Positions 49,562 through 61,639 of a DNA stretch of 64,000 nt are shown here, piece by piece. Within the stretch, counting starts at the first letter, position 1. Each line of letters opens with the position of its first letter. The translations under genes and the position numbers were made by a program. The notes under the pieces were generated by a model. It ran no database searches. It saw only the letters and a program-made list of their open reading frames with translations, and was not told the DNA's origin. This DNA is from Epiperipatus broadwayi (Eukaryota > Animalia > Onychophora), in the NCBI GenBank assembly GCA_028023455.1, contig JAQFVV010000003.1:27714001-27778000 (forward strand), read 5' to 3'.

Positions 49562-49777
49562 GAAGAAATCAATCCATGAACTGAAAATATTCTACACATA
49601 TCACATGCTGATCCTGAAGAAATCAGTCCATGAACTGAAAATATTCTACACATATCACATGCTAATCCTGAAGAAATCAATCCGTGAACTGAAAATATTT
49701 TACACATATCACATAATAATCCTGAAGAAATCAATCCATGAACTGAAAATATTCTACACATATCACATGCTGATCCT
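49562..49777. repeat. 54-bp tandem repeat x4
   Basis: gaagaaatcaatccatgaactgaaaatattctacacatatcacatgctgatcct repeated. Confidence 0.95.
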
Positions 49778-49849
49778 TTATGTGGCATTTTACAGTGCTT
49801 TATTTTAACAATACTTCAACACCTTTCTTAATTCTAGCTCTCCATTAGA

Positions 49850-51550
49850 ATACAACCTCAATCATATGTTTCTGGAAGCAGTCAATATGACATTTCTTTA
49901 GATGTCTTTGAAATAATCGTTATGACATAAGTGGAATCTGTCTCTAATGAAAGTTATTCTCACATTTTTCATAAAATACTTTTTAGGAAGTATTATACGG
50001 TTCATTTTTTTCACATGTCAATCTATTAAAGACATGCCTTTTTTAATGTTTGCTTTTTGCATTGAAGAAGCATTTAAAAATTTAAGTAATAAATATTTTT
50101 GAAATTTTTGCTCCACGCAAGAAATGATGGTTGTGTAGCATCATCCTTAGCATGATGAAGAACATATTGATTGGATTTTAATTTTGCTATCAAATCTTTA
50201 GAATCTTAAATGAAATTATTTTAGTATCTTTATATTACACCAATAGGGGGGCCATGACACCCCCATACAATACTGTAAGCAAATATCAGCTTTATATATC
50301 TCTCTTTTAGTTATGATAATTAAATATTATGATGAAATATATTTCCATCTTGTTCAATGCACCAAGCACAATGTTGAAGTTGATATGATACTTCAATATC
50401 CAAACTCATCTAAGAAAGCTACTGAGATATATAAATTTCTTGTCATTCTTAAATTGATAATCATCTAAGTTGCTAAAGGTTTTTTTACCCCCAAAGACTA
50501 AAAAGAATTAGTTTTTAAATATAATTATTAAATCAAAATTTTTATAGGTTGTATTTAAAATATTAAGAACATTTGAGTGGATTATCTTCAGAATTAATAA
50601 GAATAGCACAAATATCAGCATATTGGAACTCTAGAAGCCAATAAGATAAAGTTCTTGTTTTAAAACTTCATCACACTTGTATTTTGATACCTGCTTTATG
50701 AAGCCATTTACAAACCATTACAAAGACTATCATAATAAAAATGGAGAACAAAGTTGAAGCCAATTTTCCTTTCAAATGCCTGATTTTTCACCATTACTAA
50801 TAATACTTTTTCTCAATAATGTATTATTTCATATTTCAATCATACACTAGTCTTCAAAATTCAAATTAACAAGTTTAGTGTTTAATAGTTTTTGAAATAT
50901 GATCCAGTAGCAATTTGTTTCTAGAATGAGGATTAAATTTACTACTAGAAGTTTAGAATAGGACATACTCTTTAATACAGTGCACTAGCCTATGGTTTAT
51001 ACAACAATCTTCCTTTGTAAGTACTCATGTAAAGTGAACCTTTTCATATTTTGACCCCTAACTATAATATAATCTATTAGTCATCCTTGTTTTGATCTCA
51101 GATGCTTCTTTGTTCCTTTATAGTGATTTTTCTGCCTAAACAAAATGTATTTCATAATCGAACCATGTGTTGTAAAAATTCAATAATAACCAAACTATTT
51201 GAATTCAGGTTAAAATTTATTTTTCCTACCAAATGTACTTTAAAATTAAGTGATCATAATTTAAGTCAGTGAATGAACTGTTTGTGAAGAACACTTATTA
51301 CTGATCACAAGACAGAACTAAAATTGAAATGCAAGTCATAATAAGAAATATCTTCATTTTATTAAAAACTCAGTTTCAGCTTAGCAAATGTGTTTTCAGT
51401 GTATTTATTGAAAACTTTTACAAATCAAAGTTGAGATGATGATTAATCCAACCACTGATTGCAGATTATTTGTAATGTGTCTTGTTTAATGAATAATATT
51501 TCTGTATTATAATTTTCATTACACCAGTCTCATGCAACGTAGATGGTGAT
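49850..51550 (-). mobile_element. Highly decayed RTE-like LINE (endonuclease C-terminus and linker)
   Basis: Near 50980-51110 the minus strand gives KHLRSK…LIDYIIVRGQNMK…VLTKEDCCINHRLV (APE C-terminal motifs); boundaries are approximate. Confidence 0.5.
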
Positions 51551-52167
51551 TGAGTGTAGTGAAAATTTCACTACAAAAATATTCTGTAATTCAATACTAG
51601 CATTATAAACGTATAAACACAAAGCTAATATTTAATATCTTATTAAATCAAATATTCATTAAATTTATAATCTCTAGTTTAATGAATGTCTAACACATAT
51701 TATTAATATATTGTCATTTGTGATTTTATAGATATTTTTTGTATTTATGAGAATGGAGGGATGTGCATATCTTATATGTAAACACAATATTTAAATTGCC
51801 ATAAGCTTAATTTTAATATATAATTATTGAACCTTTGAACACAATTTGTTCATTTTTCGTTTAAGGTTTAGCAAATAAAGTTATATTTCTTGTTAAATTC
51901 ATCGTGCTGATGTTAATAATTGATACTTATAGAATGTCTTTGAAGTCAGATCATATTTTTTATGTTCTCACATGATTGTGTTCATTAATGACATATCTTA
52001 TAGTTCAGGTGATGACAAATCAAAGTGAAAAACTCTTGAATCAACAAAGAAAGTTATTTATTAAATGGGATGTGGCAGTATATTATTATACAAACTCAAA
52101 ATGATCAATTATCTGATTTATTTTAATTTTAAACATTTATTTATATATTTTTTGTATTTTTATTTAG

Positions 52168-52271
52168 ATGAATTTTTAACCAAAAAGTGGATTTACCCTA
52201 TTGAGTTATTTGGTATAGGAAAATATGGAAATGATTCCTATCGAATTTTCTGCATCAATGAATGGAAACAT
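52168..52271 (+). CDS. MBD4: MBD4-like glycosylase, internal exon (104 nt) with HhH motif and catalytic Asp
   Basis: tttttatttag|AT GAA… = (D)[34 protein letters not shown]|gtaagt; human [35 protein letters not shown]. Confidence 0.96.
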
Positions 52272-54242
52272 GTAAGTTGTAGAGTTTGTTATATATATAA
52301 ACTGTATAAGTTGTAGAGTTTTATTATATAAATTGAATATTTTTACCATTTTTGCTGCTGCAGACAATATTTGTCTATTAGCCATTCAACCCTGGCAATT
52401 GATATTTACTAATTGATCATGATGTTATTTTTTTGTTCATCTTATGCTTAAAAAATTTAAATGAATCTGATAATTGAGATCTACTGATGATTGTGACATT
52501 AGTTTTTAGTTTACTCATGTTTAAAAGATGCAAATGAATCTTTAAAAAGTTTATTTATTATATCGATTAGGAGTCTCATATGCCATGCATATAATTTGGG
52601 ATTTAAATTTGGATGAAGTCTAAACAGACAATAACTAAACTGGCTAACTATTCATTTACAGACAGTAAATGATAACTAGATACTCTTAGAGAATAAAATA
52701 AAAAACATGAATAGTATTCATATCTCATCAACTGGTAGGTGACTAACTTGGTATTATCTTCTCTATGTATAGATGCTGGATGGACTTTGTTCTTTCATGA
52801 GCTGTTTAAGTCTATATTATTGAAATTTGTCTTCATATACTTATAAATCATCATCATCAAAGACAAACATTATAAACTTTTTGCAGAATAAAATTTGGAA
52901 TCATTATCAAACAATAGCTTCCAAGTAACAAATAAATGAAAATGGTAATCAAAATTAATCTTGAATAAAGTAATTTATACATAAGTGGGCATGGTGAAAT
53001 TAATATGACATAATATTTGGCAAAAAGACATTGTGTCAACTAATTTCTGCAGCACTACAATTTGATGACTCATAAACAATGCATCACACATGCTTATTAT
53101 GAGAATCAAAGTGATTAAGATAAGAATAAAGAACATGTCAAAGCAAAAGAAAATTGTGGTTTAAGATAAGACAAATAGAGCAAAAAAATTTCAGTATTCA
53201 AAGTAATTTACTTACTGAAAATCCTTTGGCAATGCATTTACAGATTTTTCTTTCACATAACTCCTTAGATGGCATTTTGTACCCAGGTTAACTGTGCTTC
53301 ATAGTCACAGGAGTCTTCTAGCTTACATTTAATTTGCATCAGATAGACAGAAATCTCTCTAATTCAATGTACACATTGAATAATTGTGGGATACTAGATA
53401 TTAATTAAGGCCAATTTCCATGATTTTGGCTAATTGGATTTTGATTCACTCGTCTGTGTTTGAATCTTCACCCGGTATTGTCCATCCTTAACAATTAAAC
53501 TTGACTACTGATTGCTTGAAGTAAATTACATTAAGTGTCACTCAGAAATAAAATACTGTCACCTGATGTCTAAACAATCGATCATAAATGAGTAATGGCT
53601 GTGCCAGGGAATTTAAAGAATTTTTTTGCTTATTATTAGTAGTCTCTATTCTCCTCATACCATCTCCATAACATCATCTGTTTATTAGAAAATGTTACTG
53701 AATCTCATATTACTGACTTCAAAAGCTGAAAAGAGAAAAATGAAGATGGTGATGAATTCTGAGATTGAATTGGAAGAAATACTTATACAAAAATGTATTT
53801 TAATTATAGTTTGTTTGAGATATTATCAATAATGGATAATATAATGATAATGGAATTATGTAATTAGAGACATGATCGTTAACAACTGAGAATGAAGTAT
53901 TAGTGTAGGTCTATGATTTGATTCACCTTACTCTATGTTTTAATCTTTACCTAATGGCATTCAATCTCAAATATTAAAACTTGACTTGTTGGAAGAAAAT
54001 TTTATTTAGTGCTCATTCAAAGATAAAGTATTAAATCACTGATAACCAAGAAATTAATGTTTAATTATAATGGAAGTATCATAAATTAAATAAATTTTCC
54101 TTTGTTCTTTTTTTTTTCTATATATCTTTCCACAGCAAATAAATCTGACCAGATCCTGTTCTCAAGTCAAGTTGTACGGGTAAACTATTTAAGTCAAAAG
54201 AAGCCAATTAAATAATAATAGTCATGTTACATTATACAATAT

Positions 54243-54363
54243 CCCTATCCCAAGAGCTGTTGAATGTTGTTAGTGAGATGCTAGGATATTCAGATATTAG
54301 ATCTAATATCTAAATATTCTAGCACCTCGCAGCCAACAGCTAGAAAACTGTCTAAGGATAGGG
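54243..54363. repeat. Loopless ~120-bp imperfect hairpin centred on gatattagatctaatatc
   Basis: gagatgctaggatattcagatattaga / tctaatatctaaatattctagcacctc; outer ccctatcc / ggataggg. Confidence 0.75.
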
Positions 54364-55697
54364 TTATTTGGAAAAGCTTGTTAAGAATTATTCATGTGCA
54401 TTATATAACATTTGTAGTGCAAGCGTATTAAATTAAGTCACGTGATGTTTGACTTGATTCCCTTGCAATAATAGTCATAATAATGTTTTAACTACCATCT
54501 ATAATGATTTGATTAAACTTATGCAAAAATGATTATATTAAAGAATCTCTACTGTTATAAACTTTATCTTGGTTTTATTACAATGTAGTTTTAAGTGATT
54601 TGTAAATATTCCCAGTTAAAACAATTTAAATTAAAATAGATTAAGACTTATACATTTCTATTTTCTCTTGTTCACAGTCATAATTCGTGCAGATTTTTGA
54701 TCCTGAGAGCAATAATAGTTAATTTATTTATATGGGGGTTTATGCTTAGACAATCAGATAACTCTCTGGATAATGCAAAGGTTAAGATCACCTTTAAAGT
54801 CCATTCATTGCTTTTTTATTTAGAGTTTAGAAATTAAGAAATGGTCTGTACACTCATACCATATAGCCAGAGAATTGATGATGATCAGCATATATTAAGA
54901 TCGCAGCATTTTTATAGTTGTTTTAGCATTTAAGTATGTGCATCCAAATATTTTGCCATAGTTTGGCAGTGGCTAGGTAATTAGTGTGTTTACAACAGAC
55001 CTTCATTAATTCCAGACACAAGGAATGACTGATTATTCTTGTTTAATTAATATTGTTAGTGTTTGTAACTTATATTTTTATTTTTTTACTGATTGCATGC
55101 ATCTTTGTTATTTATCAATGTTAATTAATTCTTTGATTGACTATTTGGGGGTGATGATTATCATCATCATTCCACATTAACCCATTCTTTCTATCCGTTA
55201 CAATATATTTATTTTCAGTGATTTAAGAGAGAATACTGAAATGCATTCATTTTAATAATATGGACACTTTCACTATCATCTTGTACAGACTGCATGAAAG
55301 GTATGTTAAGATGTAGATAGAAATAAATATATCATTGAAAGTTGTGACTTTTTCAGCAGAATGGACTTTATTGCCTAATATCAATTGCAATTAAGATTTT
55401 CTAAACTGTTGCAGGATTAAATAGGGCATAAAGAAAATATAGATATTATATGTCATACTCTTACATAATGATTTGTAGATTATATTAACAATGACATTAT
55501 GGTTCCATTCTTAGTGTGACAATACGAAAATGGCAAGACTATTGTTATTCATGTGATCATATTCAAAAGCATCCAATAAAAACTGGGTTACTATTCTGAT
55601 AAGTGACACTTGATAGTCATAATAAAATCTTTAATGCAATTGTAAGAATTCATCCAAATATTTTATAATAACTTGAATAATTTTTATTTTTTTTTAG

Positions 55698-55775
55698 GTT
55701 CAACCAAATGACCACAGGTTAAATCAATATCATGAATGGCTTAAAACAAATCACAAATCATTAGGAATTGATTAG
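55698..55775 (+). CDS. MBD4: MBD4-like glycosylase, terminal coding exon
   Basis: ttttttttttag|VQPNDHRLNQYHEWLKTNHKSLGID*; human [25 protein letters not shown]; phase 0 matches the previous donor. Confidence 0.95.
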   Translation, partial: VQPNDHRLNQYHEWLKTNHKSLGID

Positions 55776-57490
55776 ATTGTACAATACAATGTGTCTATGT
55801 TTTTACAAGTTTCTAATAGAAAAATTAATGGAGAACTTTTATTATGTCTATATATTACCCACTTATACCTTATTTCTTTACATGTATTTATAGTTTCAAT
55901 TGCCCAGCAATTAGCATCATAGCTACAATATTCAAGTATATATGACCATACAATTAGTGCTTTTCTATATATTTATACTTAATTATAACAGGTATTATAT
56001 ATATCCTACATTATGAATTTTTAAAAAATACAAATTTTTCAATGAAAACAGGATTTATAAATCCTTATATATTTTTATAAATATTAATCTTTTATTTCTT
56101 TTGTATAAGCTGTTTTATATTTTTAATATATATTATTTTACATTTTTATGACTTTTAAACCTTTTAATAATTTGCTTTTATCACTTTAATTATTTATTTC
56201 TACTTTTTTTTAAAATTTGTAATTCTTTTTATATAACTTTTATCTCCCTTTAACAATTGTAACTAAAAGTTTTAAAATTGATGAGATGCACTGTGACTTC
56301 TTTATACTACCTCCCTTTATGAGCATTTTTAAAACTATATAATTTAATTTTCAACCTATATATACTTATTTAATTAATAAAGAATACTTTTATAAAATTA
56401 ATGTTTTCAAATCCAAATCTTTATTTTAAGTTTGTCTAATGGTTTTGATTACTATAGCTTTTTAAATTTTTCTATCCCTTCTATCGTTGAAATAATTAAT
56501 CATTTTTATATTAACTTTTCCAAATCTATGTCCTGTTTCTAATTAATGTAAAAAAAATTAGGCGATCTTTTATAATATTTGTGTTAGGTTAATCCTGTAT
56601 GAATTGAATTATTTGTTTCACTTATATAATTACTTCTGATATTGTTATGTTGACATGTTTTTTTAATATTCCATTCATACAATTTTCTACATATTTATTG
56701 TCTAATATATTAAGTATATTTTCTTTTTTTTATTCATTATTTTAAATTGTATTATATTGCTAATTTTTTTATTAACTTTATTATAATATTCAAATTATTT
56801 GCCTCTTCCTTAGCCTATTTGTAATTAATTTGCATAAACATTTTGAATGTTAGCTAAATAAAGAGTTCATTCTATTAATTTTGTTAACTGTAGCTTTAAT
56901 TGGAATATTCTTTCACATTGTTGTATAGAGTAATTTATATGTATATTGCAATAGTTTGAGGAAAAATTTTAGGTTTAAACATTTTTCCAAGAAATTTTGT
57001 GAGTTTTATGCAGGTTCATTTCCATCTTGAATTGTTGATGGTTGTCCATATTCTAATGTAATATTTAAATTATTCTCCTTTTTCTTATCCTATTTGTTTA
57101 AACGTTTCAAATGTTAGGTAAGTAAAGGGTTTATTCTGTATGTTAATTTTATTAACTGTAGCTTTAATTGGAATATTCTTTCACGTTGATATATATAGAG
57201 TCATTTATATATAAACACATATGGTTAAAATGTTTTAGCAAACTAATTACAATTAGGATAAGGAAAAGGAGAATAATCTAAATATTACATTAGATTATGG
57301 ACAACTATCAACAATTCAAGATGGAAATAAAATTGCATAAAACTATCACAAAACTGCAGGAAGGGCTATTATTCTTGGAAAATATTTGAAATGTAAAATT
57401 TCCCCCAACTGCTGCAATATACATATAAATTATTTTATTCATCAATGTGAAGGAATATCATTCAATTTACAGTTAACAAAATTAACACAC

Positions 57491-58669
57491 AGAATAAACC
57501 CTTTACTTTGCTAACATTATCTTTATTGATAATTTTATTTATATTTTTTACAATATTGTTGTAATAAGTTTTAACACATATATTTATCTTTTTTATTTTC
57601 TTTATTAATAAATTTTTCTTCTGACAGTTTTATCTTATCCTCTATAACCTTCATTGGTTAATCATTATTAAGTTCCTTAACTATTAATTTTACTTACTGT
57701 AATCTTCCTTAAATGAGCAATAATTTATAGCTCTATACATATTTTAATTCGTTAATTATATTATTTATATTAGTTTTTTTATATATATAGATGTTTCTAT
57801 CTAATATTTACCATTAGTATATGATTTTAACAACACCTATTTATTTACAGTCACTAGAAACATGACATAAATTTGAAAAGATAGAATAAACCCTTTACTT
57901 TGCTAACATTATCTTTATTGATAATTTTATTTATATTTTTTACAATATTGTTGTAATAAGTTTTAACACATATATTTATCTTTTTTATTTTCTTTATTAA
58001 TAAATTTTTCTTCTGACAGTTTTATCTTATCTTCTATAACCTTCATTGGTTAATCATTATTAAGTTCCTTAACTATTAATTTTACTTACTGTAATCTTCC
58101 TTAAATGAGCAATAATTTATAGCTCTATACATATTTTAATTCGTTAATTATATTATTTATATTAGTTTTTTTATATATATAGATGTTTCTATCTTATATT
58201 TACCATTAGTATATGATTTTAACAACACCTATTTATTTACAGTCACTAGAAACATGACATAAATTTGAAAAGATAGAATAAACCCTTTACTTTGCTAACA
58301 TTATCTTTATTGATAATTTTATTTATATTTTTTACAATATTGTTGTAATAAGTTTTAACACATATATTTATCTTTTTTATTTTCTTTATTAATAAATTTT
58401 TCTTCTGACAGTTTTATCTTATCTTCTATAACCTTCATTGGTTAATCATTATTAAGTTCCTTAACTATTAATTTTACTTACTGTAATCTTCCTTAAATGA
58501 GCAATAATTTATAGCTCTATACATATTTTAATTCGTTAATTATATTATTTATATTAGTTTTTTTATATATATAGATGTTTCTATCTTATATTTACCATTA
58601 GTATATGATTTTAACAACACCTATTTATTTACAGTCACTAGAAACATGACATAAATTTGAAAAAGATAG
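57491..58669. repeat. 392-bp tandem triplication
   Basis: Units start agaataaaccctttactttgctaac at 57491, 57883 and 58275; near-identical. Confidence 0.95.
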
Positions 58670-59098
58670 TATAAAAATAATAAACTGTACTAACAGTAGA
58701 AGGAAGCGGAAAATTAAAGAAGCTATCATAATTAAATGTATTAGACCAATTTTAAATAGATTTGGGTTTGAAAACATTAATTTTATACAAGTATTTTTTT
58801 ATTAATTAAAATGTATATATAGATTGAAAATTAAAATGAGAAAGTTTTAAAAATGCTCCTAGAGGGAGTTAGTATAAAAATATAAGACAATTGAAAAATT
58901 GTTTCAGTTAAAGTTAAGATTTAAAGGGAGATAAGATTATATAAAAAATGTCAAACTTAGAAAAATAAAAATGTATAATTATAATTGATTAATTCATGAT
59001 TAAAACTATAATGAAATAATTAAAGTAATAAAAATAAATTAAATTATTAAGTTTTAAAAGTTATAGAAATGTAAAATAATATACAGTATTAAAAATAT

Positions 59099-59480
59099 GC
59101 AGGATTCGAACTCACATGACCCACCACTCTCAGTGCCATCTCATATTGCTGACCCACCTGATCATACACATGTTAAAAAGACAAATAATCACCATACACG
59201 TATTTCATGCTAAACCAGCAATCATCAGCTGGTCCAGACCACCATCCTCATACATATATATAATCAGTGCTCAGCTTTATATTAAGATAGCCAATCTTCA
59301 TACTTTAATGGATAGGCTTCAAACTATTCCAATTCACAACTCTTCAGCCTTCCATTTCATTGAAAATCAGATGGGTTAGCAATGAGATGGCACTAAGAGT
59401 GATGGGTTGCATGAAAGTCTGAGTTTGAATCCCGCATATATTACATATATAAATGCAGGTGTAAGCCTGTACAATGTATT
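59099..59480 (+). mobile_element. Second copy of the hammerhead/tRNA-like inverted element; 14-bp TSD
   Basis: TSD AGTATTAAAAATAT (59085-59098, 59481-59494); inverted termini 59099-59162 / 59366-59436; the first ~155 bp align with the reverse complement of 27945-28110. Confidence 0.8.
59190..59234 (-). ncRNA. Minimal type I hammerhead ribozyme motif with both core segments intact
   Basis: Minus strand: gaccag CTGATGA ttgctg-gtt-tagcat GAAA tacgtg TA tggtg. Confidence 0.75.
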
Positions 59481-61639
59481 AGTATTAAAAATATAATTAT
59501 TTATGCAAAAGAAATAAGAATAAAAAAATAATATTTATAGAATTATTAAAAATATATATGGGTTCATTGAAAAAATTATATTTTTTAAAATCCATAATGT
59601 AGAATTGTTGTATATATCTTTTATAATTACATATAAATATGAATGTATTGTCAGGCACTAAATGTATAGTCATACATATTTGAATATTGTAGTTTTGACA
59701 ATGATTGCTGGGCAGTTGAAACTGTAAATAGACGTAAAGAAATAAATTTTATACTATTAGATTGCATTGTAAAGTGTAAATGATATTATATATATCAATG
59801 CTTAAAAGAAAATAAGAAGCCAAAGAAATTATAGGAATTTTATTCCAAGAAAATACCAAAATTTAAAAAACCAGATGGAGTACATATGACCTTTTTTAAA
59901 TTCCATTACTTCCTGAAACTATTTTTTTTCTGGAATATTTATAATGGAAATATACTATATGTATACAATTGTGAATATTTTAACTGATTAATATAATTCG
60001 GGAAAAAAAATATAATGTATTTTAATTTATAAGATTTTGTGATGTTTTTTTAGACATTTTATTTAGAATTTTACAAATGATAACTTAATTTTTTAAGATT
60101 GAAAGTAAATCTAAATATGAAGATAATCATTTTTAAAATGACATTTAAAATAATAATATATTTTTGTATATATCCTACACAAGCACAATTTCTTTATTGA
60201 ACAAAAGTTTTTTTTTAATGAGAAGATCCTAGTCATAATTAACGATCTTATACCTTTACTCCTTTTGAATATTAATATGCTATGATAAACTTTTACCTCA
60301 GCCTGTTTATAGACTACAACTTCAATAAAAATCTTATCCATCTGTCCTGTTATCATTTTTGTATGACAAAAATTCTTTCAGTTGATTATCAATTTTTTAG
60401 GTACATTCTAATTAAGAATTGAGGTATAATAATAGGTGGTGTAGCACTTTCTAAGATTGGATGTTAATGCTATTTTATCATAGAAAATATTGCATGACTT
60501 ATGTATATATAGTATAACATAATATTGTATACTAAAAATAGAATCTATTTTTGCCTTTACATTGATAGAAAATTATATTTTAAAATAGTTTGTCTATTTT
60601 TTGTAAGATAGCATTGTTGAACATTTTCATTTGTAAATTTCTTGTTCGTGTAACTATGGAATTTTATTATAAAGTCCCACAAATACTTGATTATAATAAA
60701 TGAGAATCTCAATATGTGAAAAAATAGATTTCAGTTTAACTTTTCATAGCTGTGCAGTGAATACTATAAATCAAGATATATATATATTACATGGATTTAT
60801 AGTTACTGGATTTAAGAAATAGTTTTCAGATAAATTATGGCAAATAAAATTATCAATAATTTAATGTATTAAAATTATAGTAATGATTTTATTATTGTAT
60901 TACGTCCTGTTTATATATGTATACACACATACCACTCAGTGAGATATCTCCTTGGATACAGTGAATGTACAGTATTAAAATTTGTTTGTTACTATTTTAT
61001 GAAATAGTATTTTTTTTTACCCTTTTTTGAGAAGCTGGATTTTAGAGAAATAAAACTTTTATAAGACTTTATATATGTATGTGAATGTATTTTTTTAAAA
61101 TTAATTTACATTTTTTATAATAAAAAATGTATTTTTACTTGTAGTAGCCTTTTGTTTTGTTTATTATTTAAAAAAAAAAAACTCATAGTAAATCATATGC
61201 CTTATAATCCGACTTGCTTGTCAGAGACAATTCGATTCTGAAAAAATGGGATATTTTTTCGTTAGCTAAGAATTTCTCAAAGCTCAGAAGTTTGTAATTG
61301 ACTTGGCCAGTCATCTGTAATGATCTATATGGTTATCTAGTTTGATGTTTATATATCCAAGTGGGCTTCCCAAAGTAAAATCTCTTGTAAAATCTCACAT
61401 TTATTTAATGTTATTAATTTTAAAATATGTGCAAAATATAAATCTGGCAACAAAACTACAATAGTCTTTAAATACAGATAAACTCATTTCAGGGCTAAAA
61501 ATTTTGATATCTGAATAAATATTTGAAATTCAATTTGTACCTGTCTAAATGCTAGAAAATTCTAGCTGAAATATTACTAATAACATTTAAAGCAAAAAAT
61601 ATCTTGCTAAACGAACACTCAAAAAAAAAAAAAAAAACC

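Larger units (their letters stand above)
55864..59753. mobile_element. Penelope-like foldback: GIY-YIG end plus 3' region in head-to-head inverted orientation
   Basis: 55864-57110 mirrors 57230-59753. The right arm encodes QCEGI…TKLTHRIN and HKFEKDSIKIINCTNSRRKRKIKEAIIIKCIRPILNR; the left arm has the reverse-complement equivalent. Confidence 0.75.

Noticed and set aside
49468-49788. ORF with repeated CDMC…H motifs resembling zinc fingers
   Set aside because: It is a translation of the 54-bp tandem repeat; spacing does not fit C2H2 or CCHC and there are no splice signals.
52330-53100. Possible L2/CR1-type RT remnant (AADNICLLA)
   Set aside because: A single weak motif; boundaries and identity are not supportable by eye.
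59099-59165. True tRNA gene (also 59366-59436, 28040-28105, 27805-27870)
   Set aside because: B-box and A-box-like motifs are present, but I could not fold a cloverleaf or define an anticodon arm; treated as tRNA-derived parts of the mobile element.
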